From IMG/VR virus record IMGVR_UViG_3300046167_000744, positions 1-64,000 of that record: 64,000 nt of DNA; one strand, 5' to 3'. The translations under genes and the position numbers were made by a program. The notes beneath the pieces are model-generated. The model worked only from the letters and a program-made list of their open reading frames with translations. It was not told the DNA's origin and did no database searches. Shown one piece after another: positions 41,284-52,076 of the stretch. How positions within the stretch are numbered: the stretch's first letter is position 1; every line of letters starts with the position of its first letter. This DNA comes from a virus.

Positions 41284-41509
41284 TACCGTTACTATAGATA
41301 ATCTCTTCGATCCCAGTAATGTAGAGCTGGCTTTATACCTTTTACCAGAGGAGGCTTGGAAGTCTGTAGATAAACCTACTATACTCCAAAGAGATGATGG
41401 AACTTATGTAACTGGCGACCCTTTCTTTGACGAGTTGGAGGAAGCCCTATCTCAAGGAGAGAATCTAGATGGCATCCTCAAACGACTCAAACTCTCCACC
41501 GAACAGTAA
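41183..41509 (+). CDS. Second tail chaperone ORF (possible +1 frameshift extension)
   Basis: +1 frame overlapping the chaperone by 100 nt; TGDPFFDELEE. Confidence 0.55.
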   Translation: MKTVTFAQTLDRVREARSRPEFGLLSPLLKNQSNTVTIDNLFDPSNVELALYLLPEEAWKSVDKPTILQRDDGTYVTGDPFFDELEEALSQGENLDGILKRLKLSTEQ

Positions 41510-44155
41510 GTTTGGTGGTATAAGCACAATATCGGCCCCCATAGCCATACCTAGACCTGGATCTGCACCCATAGGTGGCAATCCATCTTTAATGGCTGAT
41601 GCGTATCAGCGTCAGGGAGTGCCTTTAAACATGGCATCTACCGCTGGAGCTAGTGGCTTCAGACCTGTTGATATGGCCAGCTCTATTGATGATGCGACAA
41701 CTCAGGGTAGCATGTCACCGCTTCACGCTGCTCAAATGCTCGCACAGACAGGGACTATCACTGCACCTCAGTTCAACACGCCTCAGATGCGAAGGCCTTC
41801 TGAAATGCTTGCACAGGCAGGTGTTTATGGCCACCCTCTTTTCCAGCAGCGAGCTGTAGACCAAATAGCAGCGGAGCCTGCTCAGTTCGGAGCTAAAATA
41901 GCCGCTGTAGACGACCCTGCTAGACAGAGGCAGATGATAGGTCGAGAGGTGCTATCGGCTAATTATAATGAGCAGTTTTATTCTAACTACGGTGTAGGTA
42001 ATCCAAATCAACACATAGCAGCACCTGTTGCTTCCGCTATGTATCATGATGAGTTTAACGACGGCATATTACAGGATATGAATCAGCACTTTGGCAGCTA
42101 TTCATCGGTAGCTGGTCCAAATCAGGGATTGTTTGAGGGAGGCTCAGGACTCAATAGGCTAGAGCCTACAACGGGTTCTTTACTAGACGTGACAGCCGCT
42201 CAGGCTCTGCGACGAGCTAATAAAGAGGCACACCGCAAAGGCGGCGAGCTAGATCCAAGTATTGGGTTTGACCAAGCTCGTCTAGCAGTAGCCTCTGCTG
42301 CCACGAAAAGCAGGTGTTGATCCTTTAATACTTAACAACCAAATAGCGGTAGGTTCTGGATCAGCTAAAACACCTTTAACGAGAGCTGAGATGGAGGCTT
42401 ATGGAGCTTCCCTCGACTACGCCGCACCTGTTCTATCCAACTCTAATGCTCATACTATAGATATAGCGGCTGGATAGGCAGGGTGTATCTGTAGACGCTG
42501 ATGGTAATGTATCCACGGTTGGGTTTGGAACTACCGCTGGAGATAAAAGCAGGAGCAGCGCTGCTGCTGATCAGTCACTTGAGAAGAACACAGCTGCTCT
42601 CAATAAAGTAGCAGAAGCTCTAACCAGGTTCAGTGGCGGCGGTGGTGGCGGCTCGTTACTACTAGAAGGTCCAGGTTCCACAGGTGGTGGAGGCGGTGGA
42701 GGTGGTGGCGGCGGTCCTGTCGCTCAGCCTGGTCAGCCTCTAGGGCCTATACAGCCTGGTTTCGCACCTCCTGGATCTAGTCCGTTCCGAAGGGGTATGG
42801 GCATAGCAGGAGGTCTTATATCAGGTATGTTCGGGGGTCAAGCTACTGATACGGACACCAGAGGAAGGCGTATAGCTAAAGGTATAGGTAGAGCTATACC
42901 TGTCCTAGCTAGAGGTGCAGGGGCCGCCCTGAGAGGTAGAATAGGAGGTGACCTAGCGTCAACACTAGGTTCAGTTCCAGGCTTCAGCCGTGGCTTTGAG
43001 GGTATTGGTACATTCGGAGGGTTTGCGGAGATGGGCGCTAGTGGTGAGCTGCCTGCACTTCAAGCATCCGAGGCTTTAGGGCTAAGTGGATCATCAGGCA
43101 ACTTCCTAACCCAGCAAATGGGAGGCGCTATTGGAGCTGGAGCTGATTTCGGGATATCAGCAGAGCAGATGGGTAGCCTTATGCTACCTCTGGCTCAGAG
43201 TGCTGGTGGTGGCATGAATGTAGGTGATGTCACTAGCTTCACGAGAGCCTTCGCAGGCGGTGAAGATGTAGGTGGTGTAGCCTCTCTTATAGGTCAGCAG
43301 CGTCAAGCTGGATTCAGAGGCAATAGAGCAGCTGAGTTTAACGCAGCTAAAGGACAGGGGCTAAGGGGATCGGCGGCTACTGGTTTCGCATCTAACCTGT
43401 TTGGTGCGTTCAGAGGTGTGTCTGCTGGATCAGGTATTCAGATGGACAGGCTGAAGACAGAGGGACGCATCTTAGGTATGGGAGGCGGTGATATTGAAGA
43501 AGGCTCAGCTCGCTTCCAGCGAGGCATGGGTGTCCATAGAGGAGCTGTCAATCAACTATTCTCAGGATTCCAAGGAGTGTCAGATACGTTGCTTATGGCC
43601 GACGCTATGGGCAGAGCTGACGGTGACTTCTTGCAGGCTCAAAAGCTACTAGAGAGAGATCAAGCTCAAGGTGGAGCTATGGCTCAAAGAAGACTCATGG
43701 GTATGGGTATGGATAGACGCACCGCCCGAACCTTACTTGGGGGCCAACTAACATCTCAGGATCAACGAATGATGGGACGTAATGAGGCTGTCGCAGGTGG
43801 TGACGAGTTTAACTTCAACGAAGCTACTGGTGGTAACGCTACCTTCATTAGCGGAGCTTTAGCTGGTCGTCGTAATGAGCAACTAGGCACGGTCTACTCT
43901 GAGAGAGGCCGCTCCACGTTCCAAGAGATACAGAGGCAAGAGAAGCGAGTAGAGAATGATCTGGTGAAGGGCCTATATGATAATATAGATGAGCTAGGAA
44001 CCTTGACGGGAGCGGTTTTGACCCTTAACAAAACTATAGACGCTTTAGTGAAGCAAGCTCAGAAGCCTGTTAAGGCAGTAGCAGGTAGCAGCATCGGCAT
44101 AGTGCCTGCAATGGGACTATACAACTGGACGCTTAGTCAGTTCGGCATTGAATAA
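41469..44155 (+). CDS. Probable tape measure protein, broken by indels between ~42300 and ~42500
   Basis: Gly/Ala-rich ORFs 41469-42320 and 42797-44155 with coding-like sequence between them; lies between chaperones and baseplate. Confidence 0.6.
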
Positions 44156-44167
44156 GGAGATACATAA

Positions 44168-46339
44168 ATGAGTGATACTGGAAAACCAAACCCTAACTCT
44201 GGGTTATCTCACGATAATCTACCACGCTTCCTACTGCATGGTTTTGAAGCTACGCAAGGGACAGCTGACGCTAGAGCTATTCCTTCAGCTGGTAAGATTA
44301 GAGAATACATCAGTGAGCTACCTCCGTTATATAGCGAGCAGGTGACGACACGGTTGAGCGACGGGACTATACGAGAGCAGGCAAGAACATCTGTCGATTA
44401 CGTTAAGGAAGGCTATTTAGGTCTGGACTTAAATGATGCAGATAAAGCCTATGTTAAGACCGATATAGACCAGTCTCTAGACCTGACTAAGTTTATGGTT
44501 AACTGTCAGTGGGAGACGACCACTACCGCACCCTATGCAAATGCTACTGCTGTATTCACGATGCCGAGTCAGTTAATACCCTTCTTATTTCACGGTGAGA
44601 TCGCTGATCAAGGAGATGGGAAAACGCCAGGTTTCCGCTTTATTGAAGCAGGAGGCTGGGCTAGTATACGCTTCCCATATATCTTTGAAGGTAATAAGGA
44701 TAAGGGTAAATCATATCGCACGGTATTCTTCGGTAAGATATTAGCTATCAATGTAAACACTAGTATAAATACTACCTCAGTCTTTAACAGTGTAGTGTCG
44801 ATCACGGTAGGCTCATTTATACAGCCTATAACACTCGGTGAGACTCGTAAGACCTATAAGCGAGCAGGGAATATCTCACAGATAGATCCTGGAGCTATTG
44901 GAACCTACGACGCTGAGCAGAACGTGATTCTAAAAGGGCTAGTCAATCAGATGCGTCAGATGCGCTCAGGGGCGAATGGCGTGGATATGTATGATTCACT
45001 ACGCTACTTTATTAAATCCTTCGGACATATGGAGGTCCCGACTGATCTAGCTGGCAGGGATAAGTCACTAAAGAAGCCGCAGCGACTAGGTGATAACATC
45101 CATATAATGGGTGAGTATCAAGAGACTACTGTCGGCACAATATACTCGGCTAACGCTGCTGATATAAACACTATACAGGGTAGACCTGAAGAGAAATACT
45201 TCGCTTCAGGGTTCATGAGTAACGGCACCACGATGTGGGGCCTAATCCAAAGTATGTTCCAGCCTTCAAGCGAGCTTATAGAGCTATTTCCAGTATTAAT
45301 ACCTCTCTCAGAGTCTGGTGAGGCTATAGGTCTGGCCGCAGGTGCAGGCACCAACTTGGTAGCTCCTACCGCCCAGGAGTATATAAACGACGATATAGTC
45401 AACTCACTCCAGGCTGTATTGTATATCATGTATAGATATAAGCCTATGCCACCTACCTTCTACGGCGATAAGAATAGTGTAGATTCTAACAATCGACGCA
45501 AGGCAGGATTGCGCCCCAACGTAGTTGGCGCTAAGACTAACCATCATAAGTTCTTCGGAACACATAACACCGTAGACGTATACTCAAGAGCCACTGATGA
45601 GAAAAATCCTGACGGCACCGCTGTTACGGAAGAGAAACTAGAGGTAAACGACTGGAGTCCTGAGTTTCTATATCTAAACGAAGGTCAGGTCACATCTATG
45701 GATCTAACCTGGTCTGATGTAGATCGCTTTAACGCTGTCAACATGAGCCTTCCTCATGCGGAGGGTCAAACAGGTAGTAATCTGCTATTCGGTGTAGAAT
45801 GTGTTCCTGTCTTCAATCAAGAGGATATTAATAGACACGGGCTACGCATGAAAAACCTGCATACACCCTTCGCCTCTAGCGCCACCTCTGAGCATATAAA
45901 AGCGTTCAACAGGGACGCTTCATCAGGTATGGCTGAAAGGCTATACTATCTAATAGGTGAGGGTCACGCCTATGGTCGAGGTCAAATCAACCTGGTATAC
46001 ACACCTAACCCTAGTCTCACTGCTGGCGTTTGGTGTCAGACTCACTTTATGGCGACGCAGCCTGGTGGCGACGCTCGCATAACGGGATCAGGCAATCCCA
46101 ATTCCCTGCGATCTAAACCATTGACCTACTACGTCACAGCCGTTAGGCACACCGTCTCGGTAGATCCCACTACAGGCATGCCTTCGGGATACACTTCCTT
46201 AACCGTGGAGCGAGCTAGTTACGGCAACCGCATACCTGCATTAGCTCTAAACCAGGTCCCTCGACAAATCATACCTCCACCGCCGAAAGATACTAGGCGT
46301 AAAGGTCGGAGACGTAAAAATAGAAAGGTGCGACGATAA
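44168..46339 (+). CDS. Probable baseplate hub protein
   Basis: 723 aa; VFFGKI, INRHGLR, YYVTAVRHTV..GYTSLTVER typical of hub C-termini. Confidence 0.6.
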   Translation: MSDTGKPNPNSGLSHDNLPRFLLHGFEATQGTADARAIPSAGKIREYISELPPLYSEQVTTRLSDGTIREQARTSVDYVKEGYLGLDLNDADKAYVKTDIDQSLDLTKFMVNCQWETTTTAPYANATAVFTMPSQLIPFLFHGEIADQGDGKTPGFRFIEAGGWASIRFPYIFEGNKDKGKSYRTVFFGKILAINVNTSINTTSVFNSVVSITVGSFIQPITLGETRKTYKRAGNISQIDPGAIGTYDAEQNVILKGLVNQMRQMRSGANGVDMYDSLRYFIKSFGHMEVPTDLAGRDKSLKKPQRLGDNIHIMGEYQETTVGTIYSANAADINTIQGRPEEKYFASGFMSNGTTMWGLIQSMFQPSSELIELFPVLIPLSESGEAIGLAAGAGTNLVAPTAQEYINDDIVNSLQAVLYIMYRYKPMPPTFYGDKNSVDSNNRRKAGLRPNVVGAKTNHHKFFGTHNTVDVYSRATDEKNPDGTAVTEEKLEVNDWSPEFLYLNEGQVTSMDLTWSDVDRFNAVNMSLPHAEGQTGSNLLFGVECVPVFNQEDINRHGLRMKNLHTPFASSATSEHIKAFNRDASSGMAERLYYLIGEGHAYGRGQINLVYTPNPSLTAGVWCQTHFMATQPGGDARITGSGNPNSLRSKPLTYYVTAVRHTVSVDPTTGMPSGYTSLTVERASYGNRIPALALNQVPRQIIPPPPKDTRRKGRRRKNRKVRR

Positions 46340-47178
46340 TGATTTATATAGCCACTATCACGGATATACATCTCAATGAAGACGGACTCGTTGTATTCGC
46401 AGCTAGCGATGAGGCTAACAATAGCTATTATCCCTGCGCTATGACTACACCACTCGGAGGCTACGATGGACGCTTTTCTCAACCTTCTCTGAAGGAAGGA
46501 ACTAAAGTAGTCTTGATAGCTTACGGCACAGGTTACATTAGATCTTACTATGCGATCTCCTACCTACTTGATCCCGAAGACAGCCTCGCCGTGAATGTAG
46601 ATGGTGTTAGGACAGCTCTAGAGGCCGAAGCTGCTTCGGGACGCATGAGCCGAACAGAGCCAGACGTAGCAGACGCTCGCACAGCCTATGATAAGAATAC
46701 CGATTACGAAGGCTCTCATGTGGAAGACCTCCATATAGAGGTTCAAGATAGCTTTATGAATATCAGCACGGAGCATGGCTTGGTCCTGCAAGGTGAGCCT
46801 CGTGTATCTGTCCAGATCCCTGAAGATGCTAGTAGGTCTGCCTTTAGAGTTAGCGCTGGCGGTAACGCTAATAACTTCGTGCTTAACGCAGCTCCGCATC
46901 TAAACAGGCTCTTTGATTACATCGGGACACTTGAGAAGAAGATCACGCAACTAGAAACAGCGATGAACTCAATGGCTCCTGGCGTTGTAGCCTCTTATGA
47001 GGCCGCTGCCGCAGCTGCTGATCTAGCAGCACCTGGTAGTGGTCTACCAATAAGAGAGCAATCAACTACGATGTCAACCGCTCTAGCCGAGGCAGCGGCA
47101 CTAGGTCCCTTAACACCAGCTACAGAAGTTCGTGAGCAATCTGATCAAGATGTTAATGCTTATGTTATTATACCCTAA
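46339..47178 (+). CDS. Probable baseplate central spike (gpV-like)
   Basis: OB-fold-like N-terminus PSLKEGTKVVLI; position after the hub. Confidence 0.55.
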   Translation: MIYIATITDIHLNEDGLVVFAASDEANNSYYPCAMTTPLGGYDGRFSQPSLKEGTKVVLIAYGTGYIRSYYAISYLLDPEDSLAVNVDGVRTALEAEAASGRMSRTEPDVADARTAYDKNTDYEGSHVEDLHIEVQDSFMNISTEHGLVLQGEPRVSVQIPEDASRSAFRVSAGGNANNFVLNAAPHLNRLFDYIGTLEKKITQLETAMNSMAPGVVASYEAAAAAADLAAPGSGLPIREQSTTMSTALAEAAALGPLTPATEVREQSDQDVNAYVIIP

Positions 47179-47200
47179 ACACACTTGAGGAGATCATATC

Positions 47201-49069
47201 ATGGCTATATTAACTACAATGAAGGAAGAGAAGACGGACGGCGGCGGCTTTAAAGTAGGCGATATGCTACCTGGAGGCTTCACTGATTTCTTACTAGAGT
47301 CGGGCGCTCTGCAGATAGAGTATTTCTTAGAAGAGAAGATCGGTCAAAAATCTACTCTAGTGCCTCTGCCTGCACAGCCTCAGAATGTATTGGTGCGTCG
47401 TATATATTCTGAGAATCCCATCTACACCTTTGAGCAGAAGTTTGCTTACAGAGAGATAGCTAAGCCTCGTATAGTTGAGGTGCAGCTCCAGGGACAGACA
47501 GGCAGCAGCCTTCGTTTAGGTCTAGATGAGAATGGCCAAGTGACTTATCAGAAAGGCCCCCAACACCTTCAGAACTTTGAGAAGTTCCTAGATAAATATC
47601 ACTTCCATGCAGCTAGTCACGCCACACCTATAGTCTACTCCATCCAGTCTGTTCAGAACGATCTCGATTATGAGAGTCGTCCCTACCTTATCTTCAGAGG
47701 CATTAAAGAGAATCTGCATGGGCGTTGCCATATTACAGACTTCTCTTATCAGCGCTCAGTCCAGCAGCATCGAATAGAGAGCTATCAATGGGCCTTAACC
47801 CTACGCATCTACGACACTGCAGAGGCGGATGATCCCACACGCTTTGAAATGATGAAGAGTCTCGATAAAGCGACCAACGCCGTCAATCAGATCACAGGGC
47901 TTTCGGAGAGTCTTCAACGATCCTTCCAGGCAGGCTTCGGTCAAGTATTTGGTGGTGTTGGTGATGTATTGGAGTCCGTAATAGGTCTATCAGCGAGCGT
48001 AGGCAGAATAGACAACACCGTATATGGCTCACTTGCCCTGGTTACTACGGCTGTAGGTAAAGTGATATCGGCTTTCGACGCTATAGGTAGCCTCGTTGAT
48101 GGGGATGCGTATCTAGCTGACTTTGATCAAGCGGCGGATGGCTTCACTAAAAGCACGGTAGATAACTGGCAACGTAGGAAGTTCATTGAGGCTGTTACAG
48201 CCGACAGGAGTAGGTCTAGCACGGATCAGTGGAATAAGGCACCTGGCACACCTAAACTAGAGGTGCAGAGATTGGCGCTTACTGCGAGTGAGCTACTATA
48301 CCAGTCTTGGTTACTTCTCGGACCTGTAGGTATGGACTCATCAAACCGATCACTGACAGATATCCACGGATTTCTAGGTAGAGAGTATGGTTTCTCTGCG
48401 CTCGCTCTGATGCATGCAGATAGACAGTATACACCTGCGGCGGATCTGAAGGATAATGTATACAACATCAGCTATGAGATGCGTCCAGGGCAGAGTCTGC
48501 TCACTCTAGCTAACTCTTTTCTAGGGAATCCTAACCGTTGGAATGAGCTTGCATCTCTGAATGATGCATCTGATGCCTACACTAAATCTGACGGCACCCC
48601 CTTTCAGGCTGGCGATACTATTTTCATCCCAGCAGCTATCGGTGATTACCAGGGTCAGAACATTGATCTAACTAAGAACACCGATGCAGAGGCTATCATA
48701 GGAACTGATATATCTTTTGTGAATGGTGATATCTTCTTTAGGAACGAGGATATAGGTGTGGTGTCGGGCGCTGATAATCTAAAGCAGGCTATAGAGATGA
48801 GCCTGAAGACAGCTACCGAAGAAGTTACTATGGATCCTAGATATGGAGCTAAGGTAGCTATCATAGGCTCAAAGATTAACACCATATCATCTGCCCTTAT
48901 CGCCACCAGAGTTCGTGAGCAGTTACTTAGAGACAGTCGTATACTCGACGTTATTAACTTCTCAATCGAGCTAGATCCCAACTATAGTGATACTCTAAAT
49001 CTTACCTTGACCTGTGTCTGCATAGGTCAAAATGATATAGTAGTAAACACCGACTTACCTACAGGCTAA
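47201..49069 (+). CDS. Baseplate protein with LysM-like and C-terminal gp25-like domains
   Basis: YEMRPGQSLLTLANSFLGNPNRWNELASLN; VSGADNLKQAIEMSLKT...DPRYG...LLRDSRI. Confidence 0.7.
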   Translation: MAILTTMKEEKTDGGGFKVGDMLPGGFTDFLLESGALQIEYFLEEKIGQKSTLVPLPAQPQNVLVRRIYSENPIYTFEQKFAYREIAKPRIVEVQLQGQTGSSLRLGLDENGQVTYQKGPQHLQNFEKFLDKYHFHAASHATPIVYSIQSVQNDLDYESRPYLIFRGIKENLHGRCHITDFSYQRSVQQHRIESYQWALTLRIYDTAEADDPTRFEMMKSLDKATNAVNQITGLSESLQRSFQAGFGQVFGGVGDVLESVIGLSASVGRIDNTVYGSLALVTTAVGKVISAFDAIGSLVDGDAYLADFDQAADGFTKSTVDNWQRRKFIEAVTADRSRSSTDQWNKAPGTPKLEVQRLALTASELLYQSWLLLGPVGMDSSNRSLTDIHGFLGREYGFSALALMHADRQYTPAADLKDNVYNISYEMRPGQSLLTLANSFLGNPNRWNELASLNDASDAYTKSDGTPFQAGDTIFIPAAIGDYQGQNIDLTKNTDAEAIIGTDISFVNGDIFFRNEDIGVVSGADNLKQAIEMSLKTATEEVTMDPRYGAKVAIIGSKINTISSALIATRVREQLLRDSRILDVINFSIELDPNYSDTLNLTLTCVCIGQNDIVVNTDLPTG

Positions 49070-49079
49070 GGAGTTATTC

Positions 49080-50498
49080 ATGCCGTTTTTACCTAAATCA
49101 GCCAGCGATATTCTGCGGCAGCTTACTATGGCTGTGCAGGGCAGGAGCAAGCTGAGTGATATAAGCCCAGGTTCGGGCATTATGATATTATTACAAGCAT
49201 TTGCGGAGGAGCTAGCCTCTACTGAGCGCAGAATGTTTACCGTCCGTGAATCATTCTTTATGAATGGTGCGACAGGTCTAGATTTAGATCGTCGAGTGGC
49301 GGAGCTTCCTCCCGTCGGTATAGCTCGCATAGCTCAAACCAACGCATCAGGGACCGTGCTAACAATGCGTCGTGATCCTGCTGACACCGCCGAGGCCCTA
49401 CTTATACCTGCAGGCTCTGTGGTCCAATCTGAAGAAGGCACTAGATACAGGACTACGGTAGACGTGGTTATGGTTCAGGGTGATTCAGAGGTTGAGAGTG
49501 TCCATATTATAGCTGAGTCTGGTGGTAGTGGTGGCAATGCCGCTATAGCTAGTATCAATCGAGTAACATCGGCACCTGATCAGATCATAGCCTGCACAAA
49601 CACTCAGCCTATCAGTAACGGTCTTGATCGAGAGACTGATGTAGACCTGCGTGACAGAGCGATGAACTATCTAAAGTCACTCAGCCGTTGTCAATCTGCA
49701 GCTATTGAGTTTATGGCTCGTAGCTTTGTATCTACTGAAGGTGAGCGTTATCCATATGCTCGACTCTACGAAGATCCTGAAGTGCGTGGCTTTTGTGAGT
49801 TGGTTATCGACGACGGTAGCGGAATCACTCAAGAGTCTTTGAGTAGACCAGGGCAGACCATCGTGACTACTATATCTGATGGTGGATCTCGTGTGGCTTA
49901 TCATGAGGCCCCAGCTGTTAGTCCGATGACACCTGATAACATCATCATCCATGTTGGCGGTGATCCTAATACTCAGATCCGAGTAACTGATATCAACTAT
50001 ACCTCTCTACATGAGCGTGGCGTTATCTACTTCAAACCTGGAGTCGTTAATCCTGGCGATAGAGTTATCATTCAAAACTACCGAGTGTATAGAGGTTACG
50101 TTCAAGAGCTACAGCGAGAGATCGAAGGCGATCCCTCCAGCCTTGATCGGATTACGGGCTTCAGAGCTGCTGGGACCCGTGTTGTTGTGACTACCGTTAC
50201 ACCTCAGTATGTCACGCTAGATATAGCGCTGACAGCTAATCCTACAGCCGATTATAACGCAGTGGAGTTCATCGTAACCCAGAGTATCGAAGAGTATATA
50301 TCTAGGCTGGCTCCAGGTGAGACACTATTTATATCTCAGCTGATAGATGTTACTGTAAACTTAGAGGGCGTAGCTGATGTTCAGTTCTACAAACGTAACA
50401 GTAGTGACAGGGCTGATAACATAGATACTTCGTCAGCTCGCCATGCCTTGCGTGTTAGGGCTGGATCACTTCAAATCACAACTTCAAGTAGAGGTTAA
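49080..50498 (+). CDS. Baseplate J-like wedge protein
   Basis: ATGLDLDRR, IPAGSVV, GNAAIASIN, NGLDRETDVDLRDR, RAAGTRV, LAPGETLFISQL. Confidence 0.9.
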   Translation: MPFLPKSASDILRQLTMAVQGRSKLSDISPGSGIMILLQAFAEELASTERRMFTVRESFFMNGATGLDLDRRVAELPPVGIARIAQTNASGTVLTMRRDPADTAEALLIPAGSVVQSEEGTRYRTTVDVVMVQGDSEVESVHIIAESGGSGGNAAIASINRVTSAPDQIIACTNTQPISNGLDRETDVDLRDRAMNYLKSLSRCQSAAIEFMARSFVSTEGERYPYARLYEDPEVRGFCELVIDDGSGITQESLSRPGQTIVTTISDGGSRVAYHEAPAVSPMTPDNIIIHVGGDPNTQIRVTDINYTSLHERGVIYFKPGVVNPGDRVIIQNYRVYRGYVQELQREIEGDPSSLDRITGFRAAGTRVVVTTVTPQYVTLDIALTANPTADYNAVEFIVTQSIEEYISRLAPGETLFISQLIDVTVNLEGVADVQFYKRNSSDRADNIDTSSARHALRVRAGSLQITTSSRG

Positions 50499-50500
50499 TC

Positions 50501-52066
50501 ATGGCTAACGCATCAAACAAAACCAAACTCCACCCTTTAGAGCGCCTAGATCTAGTAGATATTGAGAATCTACAGAACCTGGCGCATAACGCCGCCGATA
50601 ACTATATCGGTGGTGTAGTGGGGCTTACAGGTCTTTTAGATAGACCTACTTCCATCAGTGTTGATAACAGCACGGAACTTATCACTATTAGCGACTGTTC
50701 TTGGTTAGGCTGGCAATCGCACCACGAAGGCTTAAGTGGCTCTAAATACTCAGCATTCTACGGCTACTACCGCTCAGTAGACTTGCGTAACGGTGATATC
50801 AGCTTCGATGCTGTCAGAGCCTTGGTTCAGAGTTACTACAACACAAATGGCAGCCTCCCACCTACTCCGCTAGATACGGATAACTACGTTCCAGGGACTC
50901 ACGGCTTTGCTTATCCTTATGTATACGCCATGACCTCGATAGTGGATGCTGAGATTGAGCCTCGTAGATTCTGGTCTACCAACGACGCTAACGAGACGAC
51001 CAACAACGTAGCTACCGAGATGCAACAGACTCATCAGTTTGCGCTCGTGGCTCGTGAAGATGCAGCTCCTTCTGATGGTGAGTTTCCCTCCATTAAGATT
51101 ATGCGAGTGGCCGCTTGGGAGTTAGACGGCGATGTAGTCAACTTGCTCACCGTTATACCTGTTCAGCTCGCTGACAATATACTTAACATCTATCCAAGGC
51201 ACCTTGACATCTCAGGTAATCCGTTCGGTGTGATCCATCAGAATAGTAAAGAGGGTATCCCTGCGGCCATAGCTTGGTTGAAGGAGCGTCAGGACGCTAT
51301 TGTAGACAGCGGCACGTTTGACCTGGCTGGCACTGATACAGGTGCTTATAAGCATACACTACCTCGCTTCTCTCTACATGGATTAGAGAAGTATCTAGGG
51401 GATCGTATCAACATCCTTGAAGATAAAGTTAAGCGAGCTACCGTGATCGTCAAGACACGCTTTAACAAACCATCGGGGATTAACGATGTTACAGTCCATG
51501 CGTGGGATGATAATGATTTCGTGGTCTTAGCCTATAAAGATTATAGCTATCTCTATGATAACACCTCCACAGGAGGCACAGTATTCTCGGCACCTGTAGC
51601 CGTTTCTGATATCTCTAGCGTAGCCGAGGCGGAGCGCATGCTAGGTGCGTTGTTTATCCGTATCCCTGAAGAGTATGCTGGATATGGTCTGCAGATGAAC
51701 CTGACCTCTATATTTCCAGGTCAGTCCCTATCTTATCTCGATAGCACCAGTGACACCTCTGTCGTATTGACTAACAACAAGCGAGGCTTATCTGAGCATT
51801 GGGTAATCAATCCAGGGACAGGCCACGACCAAGCGGATTCTGTAACTGCTTGGGCTAGAACTATGAACGAGGTCAGTCCTAGTTGGGCTAAGAACGCTAG
51901 TGATGTGACGTATGCTTCCGCTAATGGTGACTATGGCGTATCTATAGCTCATCCTATGGCAGTTAACGAAGACAGTCAGTCTAGATTGACTAACACTATA
52001 CTTACCGATTCAGACGCTATAGCTACCCTGTATCTCAAAGTAGATATCACCCTCATTAGACCTTAA
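50501..52066 (+). CDS. Tail/baseplate-associated protein
   Basis: 521-aa ORF; ERLDLVD N-terminus; tail operon. Confidence 0.6.
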   Translation: MANASNKTKLHPLERLDLVDIENLQNLAHNAADNYIGGVVGLTGLLDRPTSISVDNSTELITISDCSWLGWQSHHEGLSGSKYSAFYGYYRSVDLRNGDISFDAVRALVQSYYNTNGSLPPTPLDTDNYVPGTHGFAYPYVYAMTSIVDAEIEPRRFWSTNDANETTNNVATEMQQTHQFALVAREDAAPSDGEFPSIKIMRVAAWELDGDVVNLLTVIPVQLADNILNIYPRHLDISGNPFGVIHQNSKEGIPAAIAWLKERQDAIVDSGTFDLAGTDTGAYKHTLPRFSLHGLEKYLGDRINILEDKVKRATVIVKTRFNKPSGINDVTVHAWDDNDFVVLAYKDYSYLYDNTSTGGTVFSAPVAVSDISSVAEAERMLGALFIRIPEEYAGYGLQMNLTSIFPGQSLSYLDSTSDTSVVLTNNKRGLSEHWVINPGTGHDQADSVTAWARTMNEVSPSWAKNASDVTYASANGDYGVSIAHPMAVNEDSQSRLTNTILTDSDAIATLYLKVDITLIRP

Positions 52067-52076
52067 GGATAGACCG

